From NCBI GenBank assembly GCA_049852185.1, contig CP187540.1: a stretch of DNA of 64,000 nucleotides. One strand, 5' to 3'. The notes under the pieces are model-generated. The model saw only the letters and a list, made by a program, of their open reading frames with translations. It searched no databases and had not been told where the DNA came from. The translations under genes and the position numbers were made by a program. Source of the DNA: Methanocaldococcus sp. 28A (GTDB taxonomy: Archaea; AGJL01; Methanococci; Methanococcales; Methanocaldococcaceae). This document shows, piece by piece, positions 9,903 through 21,708 of this stretch; the stretch's first letter is position 1; the number at the start of each line of letters is the position of its first letter.

Positions 9903-10700
9903 ATGTCAGTAAAAGTTTCTGAATACATGACAAAAAAGGTTGTTACAGTTTCAAAGAATAATACTGTTAAGGATGTTATTAAATTACTGAAAGAGACAGG
10001 GCATAACTCATTTCCAGTTGTAGAAAATGGAAAATTAATTGGAATTGTCTCAGTTCATGATATTGTAGGAAAAGATGAAAATGAAAGAGTAGAAAATGTG
10101 ATGACTAAAAGAGAAGATATGGTTGTTACAACACCTGATGCTAATATAATGGATGTTGGAAGGATTATGTTTAGAACAGGTTTTTCAAAATTGCCTGTAG
10201 TTGATGAAGAAAATAATTTAGTTGGTATTATATCAAATATGGATGTTATTAGGTCTCAAATAGAAAAAACTACTCCTAAAAAGTTAGAAAATATTATTAA
10301 TACCTATAAAAATTTAGGATATAATTTAAAAGTTAAGAAAGAAGAGATTGATGTTAATAAGTTAATGCCTACTCAAAACAAAATCCACGCTGATGAATTA
10401 GTTGGGAGAATGTATGAACTAAAGAAGGGTTTAGCTGAACCAATAATTGCAATAAAAACAAAAAGAGGAGATTATTATATATTAGTAGATGGGCATCATA
10501 GGGCAGTTGCTGCATATAAGATGGGAGTGCCAAAGTTAGATGCTTATGTTATTTACTTAGATACTGATAAAAAGCTTGGGATAGAGAAGACAGCTGAGAT
10601 TATGAATTTAAAATCATTGAAAGATGTTAAGATTGTTGATAGCGATGATGAGAATAGTGTTAAAGTAATAAAATACAACAAAAATGGAGTGTTGGGATAA
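9903..10700 (+). CDS. CBS-pair plus ParB/Srx-like domain protein
   Basis: Two CBS domains followed by PTQ...PII...LVDGHHR. Confidence 0.85.
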   Translation: MSVKVSEYMTKKVVTVSKNNTVKDVIKLLKETGHNSFPVVENGKLIGIVSVHDIVGKDENERVENVMTKREDMVVTTPDANIMDVGRIMFRTGFSKLPVVDEENNLVGIISNMDVIRSQIEKTTPKKLENIINTYKNLGYNLKVKKEEIDVNKLMPTQNKIHADELVGRMYELKKGLAEPIIAIKTKRGDYYILVDGHHRAVAAYKMGVPKLDAYVIYLDTDKKLGIEKTAEIMNLKSLKDVKIVDSDDENSVKVIKYNKNGVLG

Positions 10701-10702
10701 TT

Positions 10703-11140
10703 ATGATAATTAGAGGAATAAGAGATGCAAAGATAAATAATGATATCTTTAATTTGGGTTTAAAGTTTCAAATTTTAAATGCTGATTTAATAGCCACAAA
10801 GAAACATGTTTTACATGCTATAAATCAAGCAAAGACAAAAAAACCTATAGCAAGGAATTTCTGGATGGAAATTTTAGTTAGAGCCTCTGGACAGAGGCAG
10901 ATAAATGAGGCTATAAAGATTATTGGAGCAAAAGATGGAAATGTATGTTTAGTTTGTGAGGATGAAGAGACATTTAAAAAAGTTCATAAATTAATTGGTG
11001 GAGAGATTGATGATTCTGTTTTAGAGATTAATGAAGAAAAAGAAAAATTGATTAGAAAAGTTTTTGATATCAAAGGTTTTGGAAATGTTATTGAAAGAGT
11101 TTTAGAGAAAATTGCTCTAATTGAACTAAAAAAAGAATAA
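10703..11140 (+). CDS. cgi121: KEOPS complex subunit Cgi121
   Basis: EILVRASGQRQINEAIKIIG; C-terminal LEKIAL. Confidence 0.9.
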   Translation: MIIRGIRDAKINNDIFNLGLKFQILNADLIATKKHVLHAINQAKTKKPIARNFWMEILVRASGQRQINEAIKIIGAKDGNVCLVCEDEETFKKVHKLIGGEIDDSVLEINEEKEKLIRKVFDIKGFGNVIERVLEKIALIELKKE

Positions 11141-11151
11141 TTGGTGAAACA

Positions 11152-12360
11152 ATGAAAATTATTGATGGTGGAGTTGTAGCTCCAAAGGGTTTTAAAGCTA
11201 ATGGGTATAAAGAGGGCAAATATGGAGTAGCAATAATTATCTCTGAAAAAGAGGCAGTAGGTTCTGGAGTTTTTACAACTAACAAAGTTGTGGCTCATCC
11301 AGTAGTTTTATCAAGAGAATTAATAAAAAATAGGGATAAATTTAGAGCAATAGTAGCAAATAGTGGGAATGCAAACTGCTTTACAAAAGATGGTATGGAA
11401 AATGCTAAAGAGATGCAAAGATTAGTAGCAGAGCTTTTTAATATTAAAGAGGAGGAAGTTTTAGTAGCATCAACTGGAGTTATCGGAAGGAAGATGGATA
11501 TGGATATCATCAGGAGTAGAATAAATAAGGTCTATAATTTGATGAAAGAAGGAAACAGTTCAATAAATGCCGCTAAAGCTATAATGACAACAGATACAAA
11601 ACCAAAAGAAATAGCTGTAGAGTTTGAAGTTGATGGAAAGACAGTTAGAGTAGGTGGAATAGCAAAAGGAGCAGGAATGATTGCTCCAAACATGTTACAT
11701 GCTACTATGCTTTGCTTTATAACAACGGATATTGAGATTGATAAAAAAAGCTTAACAGAAGTTTTGCAGAGAGTTGTGGATAAAACTTTCAACAATATAT
11801 CTGTTGACGGTGACACTTCAACAAATGATACTGTCTTTATTTTAGCTAATGGATTGAGTGGAGTTTATTATGATAAATGCAAAGAAGAGTTTGAAAATGC
11901 TCTATTGTATGTTTGCAGAGAACTTGCTAAGATGATTGTTAAGGATGGGGAAGGAGCTACAAAGTTTATGGAAGTTGTTGTTAAAGGAGCTAAAAGTGAG
12001 GAAGATGCTATTAAAGCATCAAAGGCAATAGTTAATTCTTTATTGGTAAAAACTGCAGTGTTTGGAGGAGACCCAAATTGGGGAAGGATTGTTGCAGCAG
12101 TTGGATACAGTGGAGCTGATTTTAACCCAAATATTGTTGATGTTATATTGAGCAATTATGAAGATGAAGTTTATTTAGTTAAAAAGGGGATTCCATTGGC
12201 TGATGAAGGTTCTAAAGAATTAAAAAAAGCTGAAAAGATTATGAAATCTGATGAGATAAAGATAGTTGTTGATTTAAAAATGGGAGAGTTTGAAAATGTT
12301 TGTTATGGATGTGATTTAAGCTATGAGTATGTAAGGATAAATGCTGAATATACCACTTAA
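11152..12360 (+). CDS. argJ: Glutamate N-acetyltransferase (ornithine acetyltransferase)
   Basis: KGAGMIAPNMLHATML, DGDTSTND, DGEGATK, YVRINAEYTT. Confidence 0.97.
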   Translation: MKIIDGGVVAPKGFKANGYKEGKYGVAIIISEKEAVGSGVFTTNKVVAHPVVLSRELIKNRDKFRAIVANSGNANCFTKDGMENAKEMQRLVAELFNIKEEEVLVASTGVIGRKMDMDIIRSRINKVYNLMKEGNSSINAAKAIMTTDTKPKEIAVEFEVDGKTVRVGGIAKGAGMIAPNMLHATMLCFITTDIEIDKKSLTEVLQRVVDKTFNNISVDGDTSTNDTVFILANGLSGVYYDKCKEEFENALLYVCRELAKMIVKDGEGATKFMEVVVKGAKSEEDAIKASKAIVNSLLVKTAVFGGDPNWGRIVAAVGYSGADFNPNIVDVILSNYEDEVYLVKKGIPLADEGSKELKKAEKIMKSDEIKIVVDLKMGEFENVCYGCDLSYEYVRINAEYTT

Positions 12361-12394
12361 ATTTTAAAATTTTAAAAAATTTTATTTTATAAAT

Positions 12395-13801
12395 TTATTT
12401 TTTTCTGTATTTTGGATGGTATTTCTCAATTAATTCTCTATCAACTCTTTTCAACTCTTCTTCTGGTAATATAGCTAACAACTCCCACAACAAGTCAAGA
12501 GTTTCTTCAATACTTCTGTCTTCATCTTTACCTTGTCTAACAAACTTATCTTCAAACTCATCTGCAAATCTTAAGTATGCTCTATCTCTATCTGTCAATG
12601 CCTCTTCCCCAACGACAGCAACTAAATCTCTTAAACTTCTACCTTCTGCATATGCAGCATAAGCCTGATTAATAACTTTCTTGTGGTCTTCTCTTGTTTT
12701 TCCTGGACCCTGTCCGTTTCCAGCCAATCTTGATAATGATGGAAGGACATCAACTGGTGGATAAATCCCCTTTCTGTGCAATTCTCTTGAGAGAACAATC
12801 TGTCCCTCTGTAATATAACCAGTTAAGTCAGGAATTGGGTGGGTAATATCGTCATCTGGCATTGTTAAGATTGGAATTTGGGTGATTGTTCCAACTCTTC
12901 CCTTAACTCTACCAGCTCTTTCGTATAAAGTTGCCAAGTCAGTATACATGTAACCTGGGTAACCCCTTCTTCCTGGAACCTCGTTTCTTGCTGCTGAAAT
13001 TTCTCTTAAAGCCTCACAGTAGTTTGTCATATCTGTTAATATAACGAGAACGTGCATATCTTTCTCATAAGCTAAGTATTCAGCAACAGTTAAAGCAATT
13101 CTTGGTGTTAGAATTCTTTCAATTGCAGGGTCGTTTGCCAAGTTAATAAAGACGACTGCTCTTTCTAAAGCTCCAGTTTTTCTAAATTCTTCCATGAAGA
13201 AGTTAGCTTCCTCTGATGTAATACCCATAGCTGCGAAAACTACTGCGAATTTCTCTCCTTCTCCTCTAACTTTTGCCTGCCTTGCAATCTGAGCTGCTAA
13301 TTGGTTGTGTGGCAAACCAGAACCTGAGAATATCGGTAATTTCTGCCCTCTAACTAATGTGTTCATTCCATCGATTGTTGAAATACCTGTTTGGATGAAA
13401 TCACTTGGAACCTTTCTTGAAACCGGGTTTAATGGATAACCGTTAATATCTAACTCTTTCTCAGGAACTATTTCTGGTCCTCCATCAATTGGTTTTCCTC
13501 TACCATTAAATATTCTTCCAAGCATTTCCATTGAAACTCCAATCTTAGCAGTTTTTCCTGTAAATCTTACTTTTGTTTGGTTTGTACTCAACCCAGTTGT
13601 CCCCTCAAATACCTGAACAACTGCCAAGCCTTCTCTTGCCTCTAAAACTTGCCCCATTCTCTTCTCTCCATCTGGAGTAATAACTTCAACAATCTCCCCA
13701 TAAGCTGCTCCTTCAACACCTTCAACAATTAACAAAGGTCCTGCGATACTCTTAACTGATGAATATTCTATTGCTGATGTAGTTGCTGCCACTTTCATCA
13801 C
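12395..13801 (-). CDS. atpB: A1Ao ATP synthase subunit B
   Basis: [28 protein letters not shown]. Confidence 0.98.
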   Translation of the reverse strand: MMKVAATTSAIEYSSVKSIAGPLLIVEGVEGAAYGEIVEVITPDGEKRMGQVLEAREGLAVVQVFEGTTGLSTNQTKVRFTGKTAKIGVSMEMLGRIFNGRGKPIDGGPEIVPEKELDINGYPLNPVSRKVPSDFIQTGISTIDGMNTLVRGQKLPIFSGSGLPHNQLAAQIARQAKVRGEGEKFAVVFAAMGITSEEANFFMEEFRKTGALERAVVFINLANDPAIERILTPRIALTVAEYLAYEKDMHVLVILTDMTNYCEALREISAARNEVPGRRGYPGYMYTDLATLYERAGRVKGRVGTITQIPILTMPDDDITHPIPDLTGYITEGQIVLSRELHRKGIYPPVDVLPSLSRLAGNGQGPGKTREDHKKVINQAYAAYAEGRSLRDLVAVVGEEALTDRDRAYLRFADEFEDKFVRQGKDEDRSIEETLDLLWELLAILPEEELKRVDRELIEKYHPKYRKK

Positions 13802-13879
13802 CTCAATAAAAAGTTTGTAAAGTTATATGGGAGGATGTTAAAAGGAAATTTAGTTTTTAGTTAATTGGTATTAGCAAAT

Positions 13880-15643
13880 TTAGTTTAATGAACCTAATTC
13901 ATTCTTAACTTTCTCCATTATCTCTTTTGATTTAATATTTATGAATTCATCGTGTGGGATATATTTCATTCTTGCAATATCTTGCTTAACTGAAACTTTC
14001 AATATTTTAGCTGGGTCTACTCCTCTTTCCACAGCTTTCAATGCCTCTTGGTAGAATGTCATAATTATCTTTAACATTAAGTATTGCTTCATTGGAGGGC
14101 AGTATGTATCTACTTCATCAAATGCATCTTGCTGTAAGAAATCTTCTCTTAGCATTCTTGCTACTTCTAAGATAACTCTCTCCCTATCTGGCAATGCATC
14201 TGGCCCAACCAACTGAACAATCTCTTGCAACTCTGCTTCTTTCTGCAATAATCCCATTGCTTCATCTCTTAACTGTCTCCAATCTGGTCCAGTATTTGTG
14301 TTCCACCACTCTGTGACATCATCAATATATAATGAATAACTCTGCAACCAGTTAATAGCTGGGAAGTGTCTTCTTCTTGCTAAGTTAGCATCTAACGCCC
14401 AGAATACCTTAACAATTCTTAGTGTGTTTGATGTAACTGGTTCTGAGAAGTCTCCTCCTGGTGGTGAGACTGCCCCAACAATTGAAACGAACCCCTCTCT
14501 ATTATCTTTTCCTAAACAGATAACTCTTCCAGCTCTTTCATAGAACTGAGCCAATCTTGAAGCTAAGTATGCTGGATATCCTTCTTCCCCTGGCATCTCT
14601 TCCAATCTACCAGAAATTTCTCTCATAGCCTCTGCCCATCTTGATGTTGAATCTGCTGTCAATAACACCCCATAACCCATATCTCTAAAGTACTCTGCAA
14701 TTGTAATTCCTGTATAGACAGAAGCTTCCCTTGCAGCGACAGGCATGTTTGATGTGTTTGCAATTAATACAGTTCTATCCATCAATTTGTTTCCTGTTTT
14801 AATATCCTCTAAGTGTGGGAATTCTTCAATAACCTCTGTCATCTCGTTTCCTCTTTCTCCACATCCAATATAAACGACAACGTCAGCATCACTCCACTTA
14901 GCTAATTGATGCTGAGTAACTGTTTTTCCAGAACCGAATGGACCAGGAATTGCTGCTGTTCCTCCCTTAGCTAAGGTGAAAAAGGTATCTTCAACTCTCT
15001 GTCCTGTAATCATTGGGATTTTTGGAGGTAACTTCTCTTTATATGGTCTTCCTTTTCTTACAGGCCATTTTTGCATCATTGTTAATTCTTTTCTTTCTCC
15101 ATTCTCTAATTCAACAACTGCAACAGTCTCCTCAACAGTGAATTTTCCTTTTTTTATTTCAACAATTTTTCCTTTAACTCCAACTGGAACTAATATTTTA
15201 TGAACTATTGAAGGGGTTTCATCAACAGTACCAATGATGTCTCCTTCTTCAACATAGTCCCCTTCATTTACAACTGGCTTAAATTCCCATTTTATATCTC
15301 TTGGTAATGCAGGGACATCAACACCTCTTGGGATAAAGATTGAACCAGTTTTCTCTTCAATTGCTGTCAAAGGTCTTTGTATACCATCATACATCGCTCT
15401 TAACATTCCCGGACCCAATTCAACTGATAATGGAGCACCAGTCCCAACAACAGGCTCTCCTGGACTAATTCCAGAAGTTTCCTCATAAACCTGAATGACA
15501 GCCCTATCATCTTGCAACTGAATGATTTCTCCAGTTAATTTCTCTTCTCCTACCTTAACAACCTCATACATCTGAGCTCCTTTCATTCCTTCTGCAACTA
15601 CAACAGGTCCAGCAATTTTGATAATCTTACCAACAACTGGCAT
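13880..15643 (-). CDS. atpA: A1Ao ATP synthase subunit A (no intein)
   Basis: [24 protein letters not shown]. Confidence 0.98.
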   Translation of the reverse strand: MPVVGKIIKIAGPVVVAEGMKGAQMYEVVKVGEEKLTGEIIQLQDDRAVIQVYEETSGISPGEPVVGTGAPLSVELGPGMLRAMYDGIQRPLTAIEEKTGSIFIPRGVDVPALPRDIKWEFKPVVNEGDYVEEGDIIGTVDETPSIVHKILVPVGVKGKIVEIKKGKFTVEETVAVVELENGERKELTMMQKWPVRKGRPYKEKLPPKIPMITGQRVEDTFFTLAKGGTAAIPGPFGSGKTVTQHQLAKWSDADVVVYIGCGERGNEMTEVIEEFPHLEDIKTGNKLMDRTVLIANTSNMPVAAREASVYTGITIAEYFRDMGYGVLLTADSTSRWAEAMREISGRLEEMPGEEGYPAYLASRLAQFYERAGRVICLGKDNREGFVSIVGAVSPPGGDFSEPVTSNTLRIVKVFWALDANLARRRHFPAINWLQSYSLYIDDVTEWWNTNTGPDWRQLRDEAMGLLQKEAELQEIVQLVGPDALPDRERVILEVARMLREDFLQQDAFDEVDTYCPPMKQYLMLKIIMTFYQEALKAVERGVDPAKILKVSVKQDIARMKYIPHDEFINIKSKEIMEKVKNELGSLN

Positions 15644-15725
15644 ACTCTCTACCTCACAGTCTATGTTTTATCCAACATTAAGATTTAAAGTATTATTTAT
15701 AAGTTATTAAAGTTTGTTATTTCGA

Positions 15726-16022
15726 TTATTTCATTGAAACTCCAACAGCTTTTCTTATTAACTCCCTAACTGGGTCTATTCTATCGAGTTTACCATATTT
15801 ATCTGGAATTTCAACAATAACTTTATCTATATTTTTTATTTTATCTTTTATACTTTCAGCAATCCTTTCTGTGATAATTATAAAGGCAATATTTTCATTG
15901 TTTGCAAGCTCATTAACGGCTTTAACTGCTTCTTCATCATTCTTAACTTCATAAACATCAGTTAAACCAGCCAATCTGAAACCAATGGCTGTTTCTCTAT
16001 CGCCAACAACACCTATTTTCAT
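15726..16022 (-). CDS. atpF: A1Ao ATP synthase subunit F
   Basis: IGVVGDRETAIGFRLAG; operon position. Confidence 0.96.
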   Translation of the reverse strand: MKIGVVGDRETAIGFRLAGLTDVYEVKNDEEAVKAVNELANNENIAFIIITERIAESIKDKIKNIDKVIVEIPDKYGKLDRIDPVRELIRKAVGVSMK

Positions 16023-16031
16023 TTACCTCAC

Positions 16032-17231
16032 CTATAAAGATATGAGCAAGCTTCTAATTTCTTCTGGCTTTAAGTTTTCTATTTTACCTTTAATTATTGC
16101 TTTAAGGTTTTTAACTTCAAGCTCTTTGCTAACAATTAAACCAATAATTGGTCCTACACCAAATGGTTTTCTTGTTGATAACTTTTTACCTTTTTCTAAT
16201 ACAAATTTATCCAACGCCCTTTCAAATGCATAAATTGATTTGGTTTTTTCAAATTCTTCCATAGCTTCAGATAAAACTTCAGCATAGCTTGTTCCTTCTA
16301 AACCACTTAAAACTCCCTCTATTCCACCAGCACTCATTAAATCTTTTAACTTCCACTCAGCCAATTCATAGCCAGTTAGAAATACATATTTACTGAGCTC
16401 ATCTGCTGACAAACCATCTGCTTTACCTTTTAATATAACTTTTAAGTTTTCTACATCAATTAATGTCCCTATAAATTCTCTAAATAAGTCCTCTTCCTTA
16501 CCTTCAGTCATTATTGTTTTTCTTAAGCTATCTAAGTAGTATTTATCTAATGCCAACTCAAATCCTATTATGTTAGATGTTTGTTCATAGTTTGACAGTT
16601 CCTCTTGCAATACCTTAAAGTATTCTGTTCCATCTAAACCTCTAACAACTTCCTCAACTGTTTTAACTTCACTAAGCTCTTTTAATTTTTCGACTGGTAT
16701 GTTTCCTAATGGAATTAATAAGCTGTATGTTTCTTCAGCATTTAAACCTACAAACTTAGCTCTTATTAATGTTTTTATATTTTTAATGTCAAACTTCTTA
16801 GTAAAGGCTTTTAAAACTTTCTTTGCCCCATCTGGTGATATTCTGAATATTAAAGCATACAAGTCAGCCAAATACATGTCTAATGCCTTTTCAACAGCAA
16901 CAGGGTCTTTTAATTCATTCATAACCTCTGCAACATACTGCCCATAATCAGTATCTTCTAACAATCCAACTAACTCCTCTAAGCTCCCAGATTCAATTAA
17001 TTCATTTAACTTGGCATCATCAAGTAATCTAGCTTCTCTGCTTCTTATTCTCGCATTGACATAAGCGTAAGGAGCTAAATCAATAACCATCTTTGTAATC
17101 CATACAATTACAATAAGAACAATGATGACCGTTGTTATAACAATGAGCAATGTTAAAGGATTATCGAAATATGTCATTAATGTTGAATACAATGTTTTTA
17201 AATTCAATAAAGTCTCTATATTTATCGCCAT
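16032..17231 (-). CDS. atpC: A1Ao ATP synthase subunit C, with an N-terminal hydrophobic segment
   Basis: YAYVNARIR, DIKNIKTLIRAK; operon position. Confidence 0.95.
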   Translation of the reverse strand: MAINIETLLNLKTLYSTLMTYFDNPLTLLIVITTVIIVLIVIVWITKMVIDLAPYAYVNARIRSREARLLDDAKLNELIESGSLEELVGLLEDTDYGQYVAEVMNELKDPVAVEKALDMYLADLYALIFRISPDGAKKVLKAFTKKFDIKNIKTLIRAKFVGLNAEETYSLLIPLGNIPVEKLKELSEVKTVEEVVRGLDGTEYFKVLQEELSNYEQTSNIIGFELALDKYYLDSLRKTIMTEGKEEDLFREFIGTLIDVENLKVILKGKADGLSADELSKYVFLTGYELAEWKLKDLMSAGGIEGVLSGLEGTSYAEVLSEAMEEFEKTKSIYAFERALDKFVLEKGKKLSTRKPFGVGPIIGLIVSKELEVKNLKAIIKGKIENLKPEEIRSLLISL

Positions 17232-17243
17232 CAGGCATCACCT

Positions 17244-17855
17244 TTAGAATAACTTCTCTGTGATTCTCGCCCTAATTACATTTAAATTCCTATTAAATAT
17301 AGCTTCTAAACTGTTGTCTAATGATTTTAATCCATCAATAGTTTCTATTATACATCCTCCAATAATATCCACAGGTTCTCCCTTTTTCAGTACAGTTACT
17401 TTTTTTGTCATATTTTCAACTTCTTTTTCTAAATTCCATAATGTCACATCATCAATAATTTCCATATCTCTTTTATTTAATCTTACAACTAATTCGCCTC
17501 CTCCTAATGAGATAGCCCCCTCTTTTATTAATTTTATTAATTTATTTTTATAATCTGGCTGTTCAGGCAATTTAACAAGTTCTTCTTTTAATTTTTCTAT
17601 TGCTTTTTCTATAATTTCTTCTTTAGCTTTCAATAACTTTTTCTTTGCTTCTAATTTTGCCTCTGAAATAATTCTACTTTTAGTTAGTTCTGCTTCTTTT
17701 TCTCCTTTCTTTAATATCTCTGCTTTTCTTTTCTCTGCCTCTTCTCTTGCTTTCTCTAATATTTTAGCTTTTTCTTCTTCTGCCTGTGCAATTATTTTAT
17801 TAGCTTCTGCTTTAGCATCTTCCAATATCTTTGATTTTATTTTATCAACTCCCAT
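17244..17855 (-). CDS. atpE: A1Ao ATP synthase subunit E
   Basis: Coiled-coil N-terminus, IIGGCII..DNSLE. Confidence 0.95.
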   Translation of the reverse strand: MGVDKIKSKILEDAKAEANKIIAQAEEEKAKILEKAREEAEKRKAEILKKGEKEAELTKSRIISEAKLEAKKKLLKAKEEIIEKAIEKLKEELVKLPEQPDYKNKLIKLIKEGAISLGGGELVVRLNKRDMEIIDDVTLWNLEKEVENMTKKVTVLKKGEPVDIIGGCIIETIDGLKSLDNSLEAIFNRNLNVIRARITEKLF

Positions 17856-17934
17856 CTATTTCACCTAATTAAAATTAAATTTAAAAATTTTTTATAAAGT
17901 TCAAAAAAAGGCTTGCTTGGTTAATTTAGTTAAT

Positions 17935-18591
17935 TTAGACCATGAGCATGATTAAGATTGCTATCAACAAACCAAAGATAGCGAAGGTCTCTGGCATAAC
18001 TGCTAAAACTAAACCTTTACCCATTGCTTCTGGGTCCCTTGCAGTAGCTCCAATAGCTCCTGCAGCAGTAATACCCTGCCCAATACCTGAGAGACCAGCA
18101 AACCCAACTGCAAACCCTGCCCCTAAAGCTGCTATTTCAGTAGCTCCTGCTCCTTTAAAGACACCAACTAACAACAAGATAGCGATTAACAAACCATAGA
18201 TAGCCTGGGTCTCTGGAAGGACAGAGAAAACCATTGCTTTACCGAATATACTATTATCTTCAGCAACAGCACCTAAACCAGCTGAAGCAGCTATTCCCTG
18301 ACCAATAGCTGATAAACCAGCTAAACCAACAGCCAAACCGGCTGCGAACATTGCCCAAGGTGAAGCATTCTTAAATACAAATAAGATAAGAATTGCTACT
18401 AAGAACCCATACAAACCCTGTGTCTGTGGAAGTGCTTGGAAAACAATAGCTGTACCAAATTTGTTGGGGTCTTCTGCAACAACTCCTGCTCCACTAGCTC
18501 CAGTAATTCCTGCCCCAATTCCTGAACCTAAACCAGCAATACCTACTGCTAAACCTGCACCAATAGCTCCTAAGATTAAAGAATCTACCAT
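17935..18591 (-). CDS. atpK: A1Ao ATP synthase proteolipid subunit K/c, triplicated
   Basis: Three hairpin repeats carrying LPQTQG, LPETQA and MPETFA. Confidence 0.96.
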   Translation of the reverse strand: MVDSLILGAIGAGLAVGIAGLGSGIGAGITGASGAGVVAEDPNKFGTAIVFQALPQTQGLYGFLVAILILFVFKNASPWAMFAAGLAVGLAGLSAIGQGIAASAGLGAVAEDNSIFGKAMVFSVLPETQAIYGLLIAILLLVGVFKGAGATEIAALGAGFAVGFAGLSGIGQGITAAGAIGATARDPEAMGKGLVLAVMPETFAIFGLLIAILIMLMV

Positions 18592-18740
18592 AATATCACC
18601 TCAATTTTATTAAGTTTTTAGTTGTATTTTTTGTTTTTATATTTTATTATTGAATATTCAATACCCACAGGTGTTAAAGTTCTTCATTAACGATATAGAA
18701 AGAGAAGACATTAAAAAGATTTAAATAATCTTAAGAGGAA

Positions 18741-20786
18741 TTAAGCGATGGTATATTCCCTATTTGCCTTAAATGGCCTAAACTTTTTACCTCCACCTTC
18801 ATAGAACTGACTGAAGAACTCTACATAGTGTAATCTTAGAGAGTGTATAAAAGCTCCTAATCCATTCATTACAAAGTTGAATATGTGACCTCCTAATAGG
18901 ACAATTATCATCAAAATTATCCCAACTACTGGAATGGATTCTCCAACAATCTTAGCCATAATATTTACAGCCATTGCTAAACCTCCAGTAGCCAAACAGA
19001 GAGCTAACAATCTTGCGTAAGATAACACGTTTCCTAAGAATCCTGTTATATCCATAGCTCCTAAAATAGAACCCATAAATCCATTTTCTTTGAATCCTTT
19101 AATTGCACAGACAACTATTGCAATTAACGCAGCTACTCCTATTATAGCTCCAGTTATTATCATATTTGATGTTGTTATGTAGAGAATTACTCCTACTATT
19201 ATTGATAAGATTAATAAAATCCAAATTCCTTGGTTTATTATAGCATCTCCTGTATTTCCTTTTTCGATATTCTCTTTAAATCCTACAATTAATCCAATTA
19301 ATAAATGCAATAAACCAACAGCTATAGAAAACCCTAATATCGCTATTGGACCATTAGCTAAGTATTTACTCTCACCTAATGGATTAACTAATGCCAACCC
19401 ATATTTATAGATGTTAATTTTTAGGAATTCCCATAAGAAATCTCCCAAGTAACCCCCTGTTATAATACCCATTATAATTGTTGATATTCCTGCTAATGTT
19501 AAGATATAACCAAGCTTGTTAGCCCCTTCACTAACTTTACCTATCTTTTTCCACATACATAAACCAACTATAGTCAACAATAAACCATAAACTGCATCTG
19601 TTAGCATAATTCCATAGAACAACAAGAAACCAGGAACTAACAATAATGTTGGGTCAACTTCATTGTATTTTGGTAGTGCATACATCTCTGTAAGCATCTC
19701 AAATGGTTTAATTGCTTTTGGATTATCTAACAATACTGGAATCTTCTCCTCAGGTTCATCTGGTTCACTTATTTCAACAAATGCAAAACCATCTGCTGCA
19801 TTTACAATTAAATTCTTTGCTTTTTCAGCATCTCTTGCAGGAACCCATGCTTCTATATAGTAGGTTCTATTTGTTCTACCAAATTGTGAGTATGCATCCC
19901 CTCTTGCCTTCTCTATACTCAGGAGTTCATAGACAGCCAATAACTCTTTCTCCCATTTTTCTGCTAAAGCTTTTAATTTCTCTACTAAGCTATTTCTTTC
20001 TGATTCTATTGATTTTAATTCACTCTCTATCTTTGATAAAGCTTCACTTGGAGTCCCTTCCACACCACTGATATCATATCTCTCAAATTCGAACTTTCTA
20101 ATCTCTGATAAAACATTTTCAAGTTTCTCTTTCAATGTAATAAATACAATTGGGACTCTAATCTTCTTATCTTTTTCAAATTCATTTCCAGTAAATACTT
20201 CAATATATCCATCTGCTACTTTATCGAGCTCTGCTTTTAATTCAGCAACTTTTTCTTTAGGTACACTTCCAGCTCCAATAAACACATACTCTCCAGAACC
20301 AAGATATTTTAAGTCAAACTCTAAACCTTTTAAGTAAGATATTTGCTCTTTTAGTTGCAATAACTTAGATTTTTTATTATCTAACTCTGATAATTTTTCA
20401 GCTGGTCCATCGACATCTTTGCTAATATCACTTAATACCTTTTCGGCATATTCAATAACTTCTTTATAAGAGTTGAATGAAACTTTTTTCTTTTCAATAG
20501 GTTTTGGATTCAAAATATCTTTTATACTTGTCTCTTTCTGGCTAACACTTGAAAACATATCTAATAATCTACCAGCTTTTATCATCAATGATGTAACATT
20601 TCTAACATAATCAGCTGATGATGATTGTGACAACAGTGTTTTCCATTCTACATCTTCCAATTTTTCAGATAAATCACAAAGTTCAACAATTCCTGCTTCA
20701 TGTAGACTTCTTACAACATTATCAATTTTTTCATCCAATATCACCGCTTTTAATTTCTTCATTCTTACAGGTCTCACTAAAATCAC
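18741..20786 (-). CDS. atpI: A1Ao ATP synthase subunit I/a
   Basis: LSYARLLAL, HSLRLHYVEFF. Confidence 0.97.
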   Translation of the reverse strand: MILVRPVRMKKLKAVILDEKIDNVVRSLHEAGIVELCDLSEKLEDVEWKTLLSQSSSADYVRNVTSLMIKAGRLLDMFSSVSQKETSIKDILNPKPIEKKKVSFNSYKEVIEYAEKVLSDISKDVDGPAEKLSELDNKKSKLLQLKEQISYLKGLEFDLKYLGSGEYVFIGAGSVPKEKVAELKAELDKVADGYIEVFTGNEFEKDKKIRVPIVFITLKEKLENVLSEIRKFEFERYDISGVEGTPSEALSKIESELKSIESERNSLVEKLKALAEKWEKELLAVYELLSIEKARGDAYSQFGRTNRTYYIEAWVPARDAEKAKNLIVNAADGFAFVEISEPDEPEEKIPVLLDNPKAIKPFEMLTEMYALPKYNEVDPTLLLVPGFLLFYGIMLTDAVYGLLLTIVGLCMWKKIGKVSEGANKLGYILTLAGISTIIMGIITGGYLGDFLWEFLKINIYKYGLALVNPLGESKYLANGPIAILGFSIAVGLLHLLIGLIVGFKENIEKGNTGDAIINQGIWILLILSIIVGVILYITTSNMIITGAIIGVAALIAIVVCAIKGFKENGFMGSILGAMDITGFLGNVLSYARLLALCLATGGLAMAVNIMAKIVGESIPVVGIILMIIVLLGGHIFNFVMNGLGAFIHSLRLHYVEFFSQFYEGGGKKFRPFKANREYTIA

Positions 20787-20795
20787 CCTGTTAAT

Positions 20796-21110
20796 TTAGA
20801 TTTCAAGAATCTCTGATAACTTCAACGAGAGTATCTTAACCTTAGCAATTGATATAATCTCTTTAATCTCTTTTTCTGTTTTTTCAATAATCTTCTCAGC
20901 TTCTTTTTTAGCCTCTTCCTCAGCTTTTTTAATCATTTCTTCAACAAGTTTTTTTGCTTCTTTTTCAGTTTCAGCAATTAATTTTTTTGCCTCTTCAATT
21001 GCTTCTGCCTTTATTTGCTCGGCTCTATGTTTTGCTTCTTCTATTTCTTTAACTGCCTGCTCTTCAGCCAACTTTACCTCTTTTATTGCATCCATAACAC
21101 TAACACTCAT
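20796..21110 (-). CDS. atpH: A1Ao ATP synthase subunit H (peripheral stalk)
   Basis: E/K/A-rich coiled coil; first gene of the operon. Confidence 0.88.
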   Translation of the reverse strand: MSVSVMDAIKEVKLAEEQAVKEIEEAKHRAEQIKAEAIEEAKKLIAETEKEAKKLVEEMIKKAEEEAKKEAEKIIEKTEKEIKEIISIAKVKILSLKLSEILEI

Positions 21111-21198
21111 ACTTCCACCTGCAGTTATTGGTAATATTTTAAAAATAGAGCAGGTATATAAAATTTTTTATCTTCAGTTCTATCACTATTTTTAGATA

Positions 21199-21708
21199 TC
21201 AGAGAAATTTGGTATAAGTGTGTATGATAGCTGGAATACAGCCAATGGCTGTGCAAGTTTCTAAAGACACTCTCTTTTCGGTTATATCTAAATGGTAAGA
21301 GCATGATTCCATTATATCCTTTGGCAAACCATGTCTACCTAAACCAACATAAATTCCAATTGGCTTCTTTTTTAATAAATAGACAGTGTTTAATGGAGTT
21401 ATTACCTTTTTCTCATCTGGCTTAGATGTTGAAGCAATTGGAATTCCAAATTGAGGAAGAAATTTATCAACAATGAAAAATCTATTTTTTTCAATTAATT
21501 TTTCTAAGTATTCCCCAGAATTACCAATGGTTGTTTTTATATTTAAAATATCTTCCATCTCACATGGAAAGTCCATTATAGCCAAGTTGCAATCAAACGC
21601 ATAACATATTGGAGCAGCTCTTGCAATAGCCCTCTTATGAGCTTCATGCCACCTTATTTTATCATAGGAATTATATAAAATCATTGTCATTCTCTTTAAC
21701 TTTTTCAT
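21199..21708 (-). CDS. DUF531-family SPOUT-like protein
   Basis: LYNSYD..HEAHKRAIARAAP, GLGRHGLP, SLETCTAIG. Confidence 0.78.
   Translation of the reverse strand: MKKLKRMTMILYNSYDKIRWHEAHKRAIARAAPICYAFDCNLAIMDFPCEMEDILNIKTTIGNSGEYLEKLIEKNRFFIVDKFLPQFGIPIASTSKPDEKKVITPLNTVYLLKKKPIGIYVGLGRHGLPKDIMESCSYHLDITEKRVSLETCTAIGCIPAIIHTYTKFL

Noticed and set aside
13880-15643. Inteins in atpA (also checked radA and rfcL)
   Set aside because: Protein lengths are normal and no intein splice or homing-endonuclease motifs are visible.
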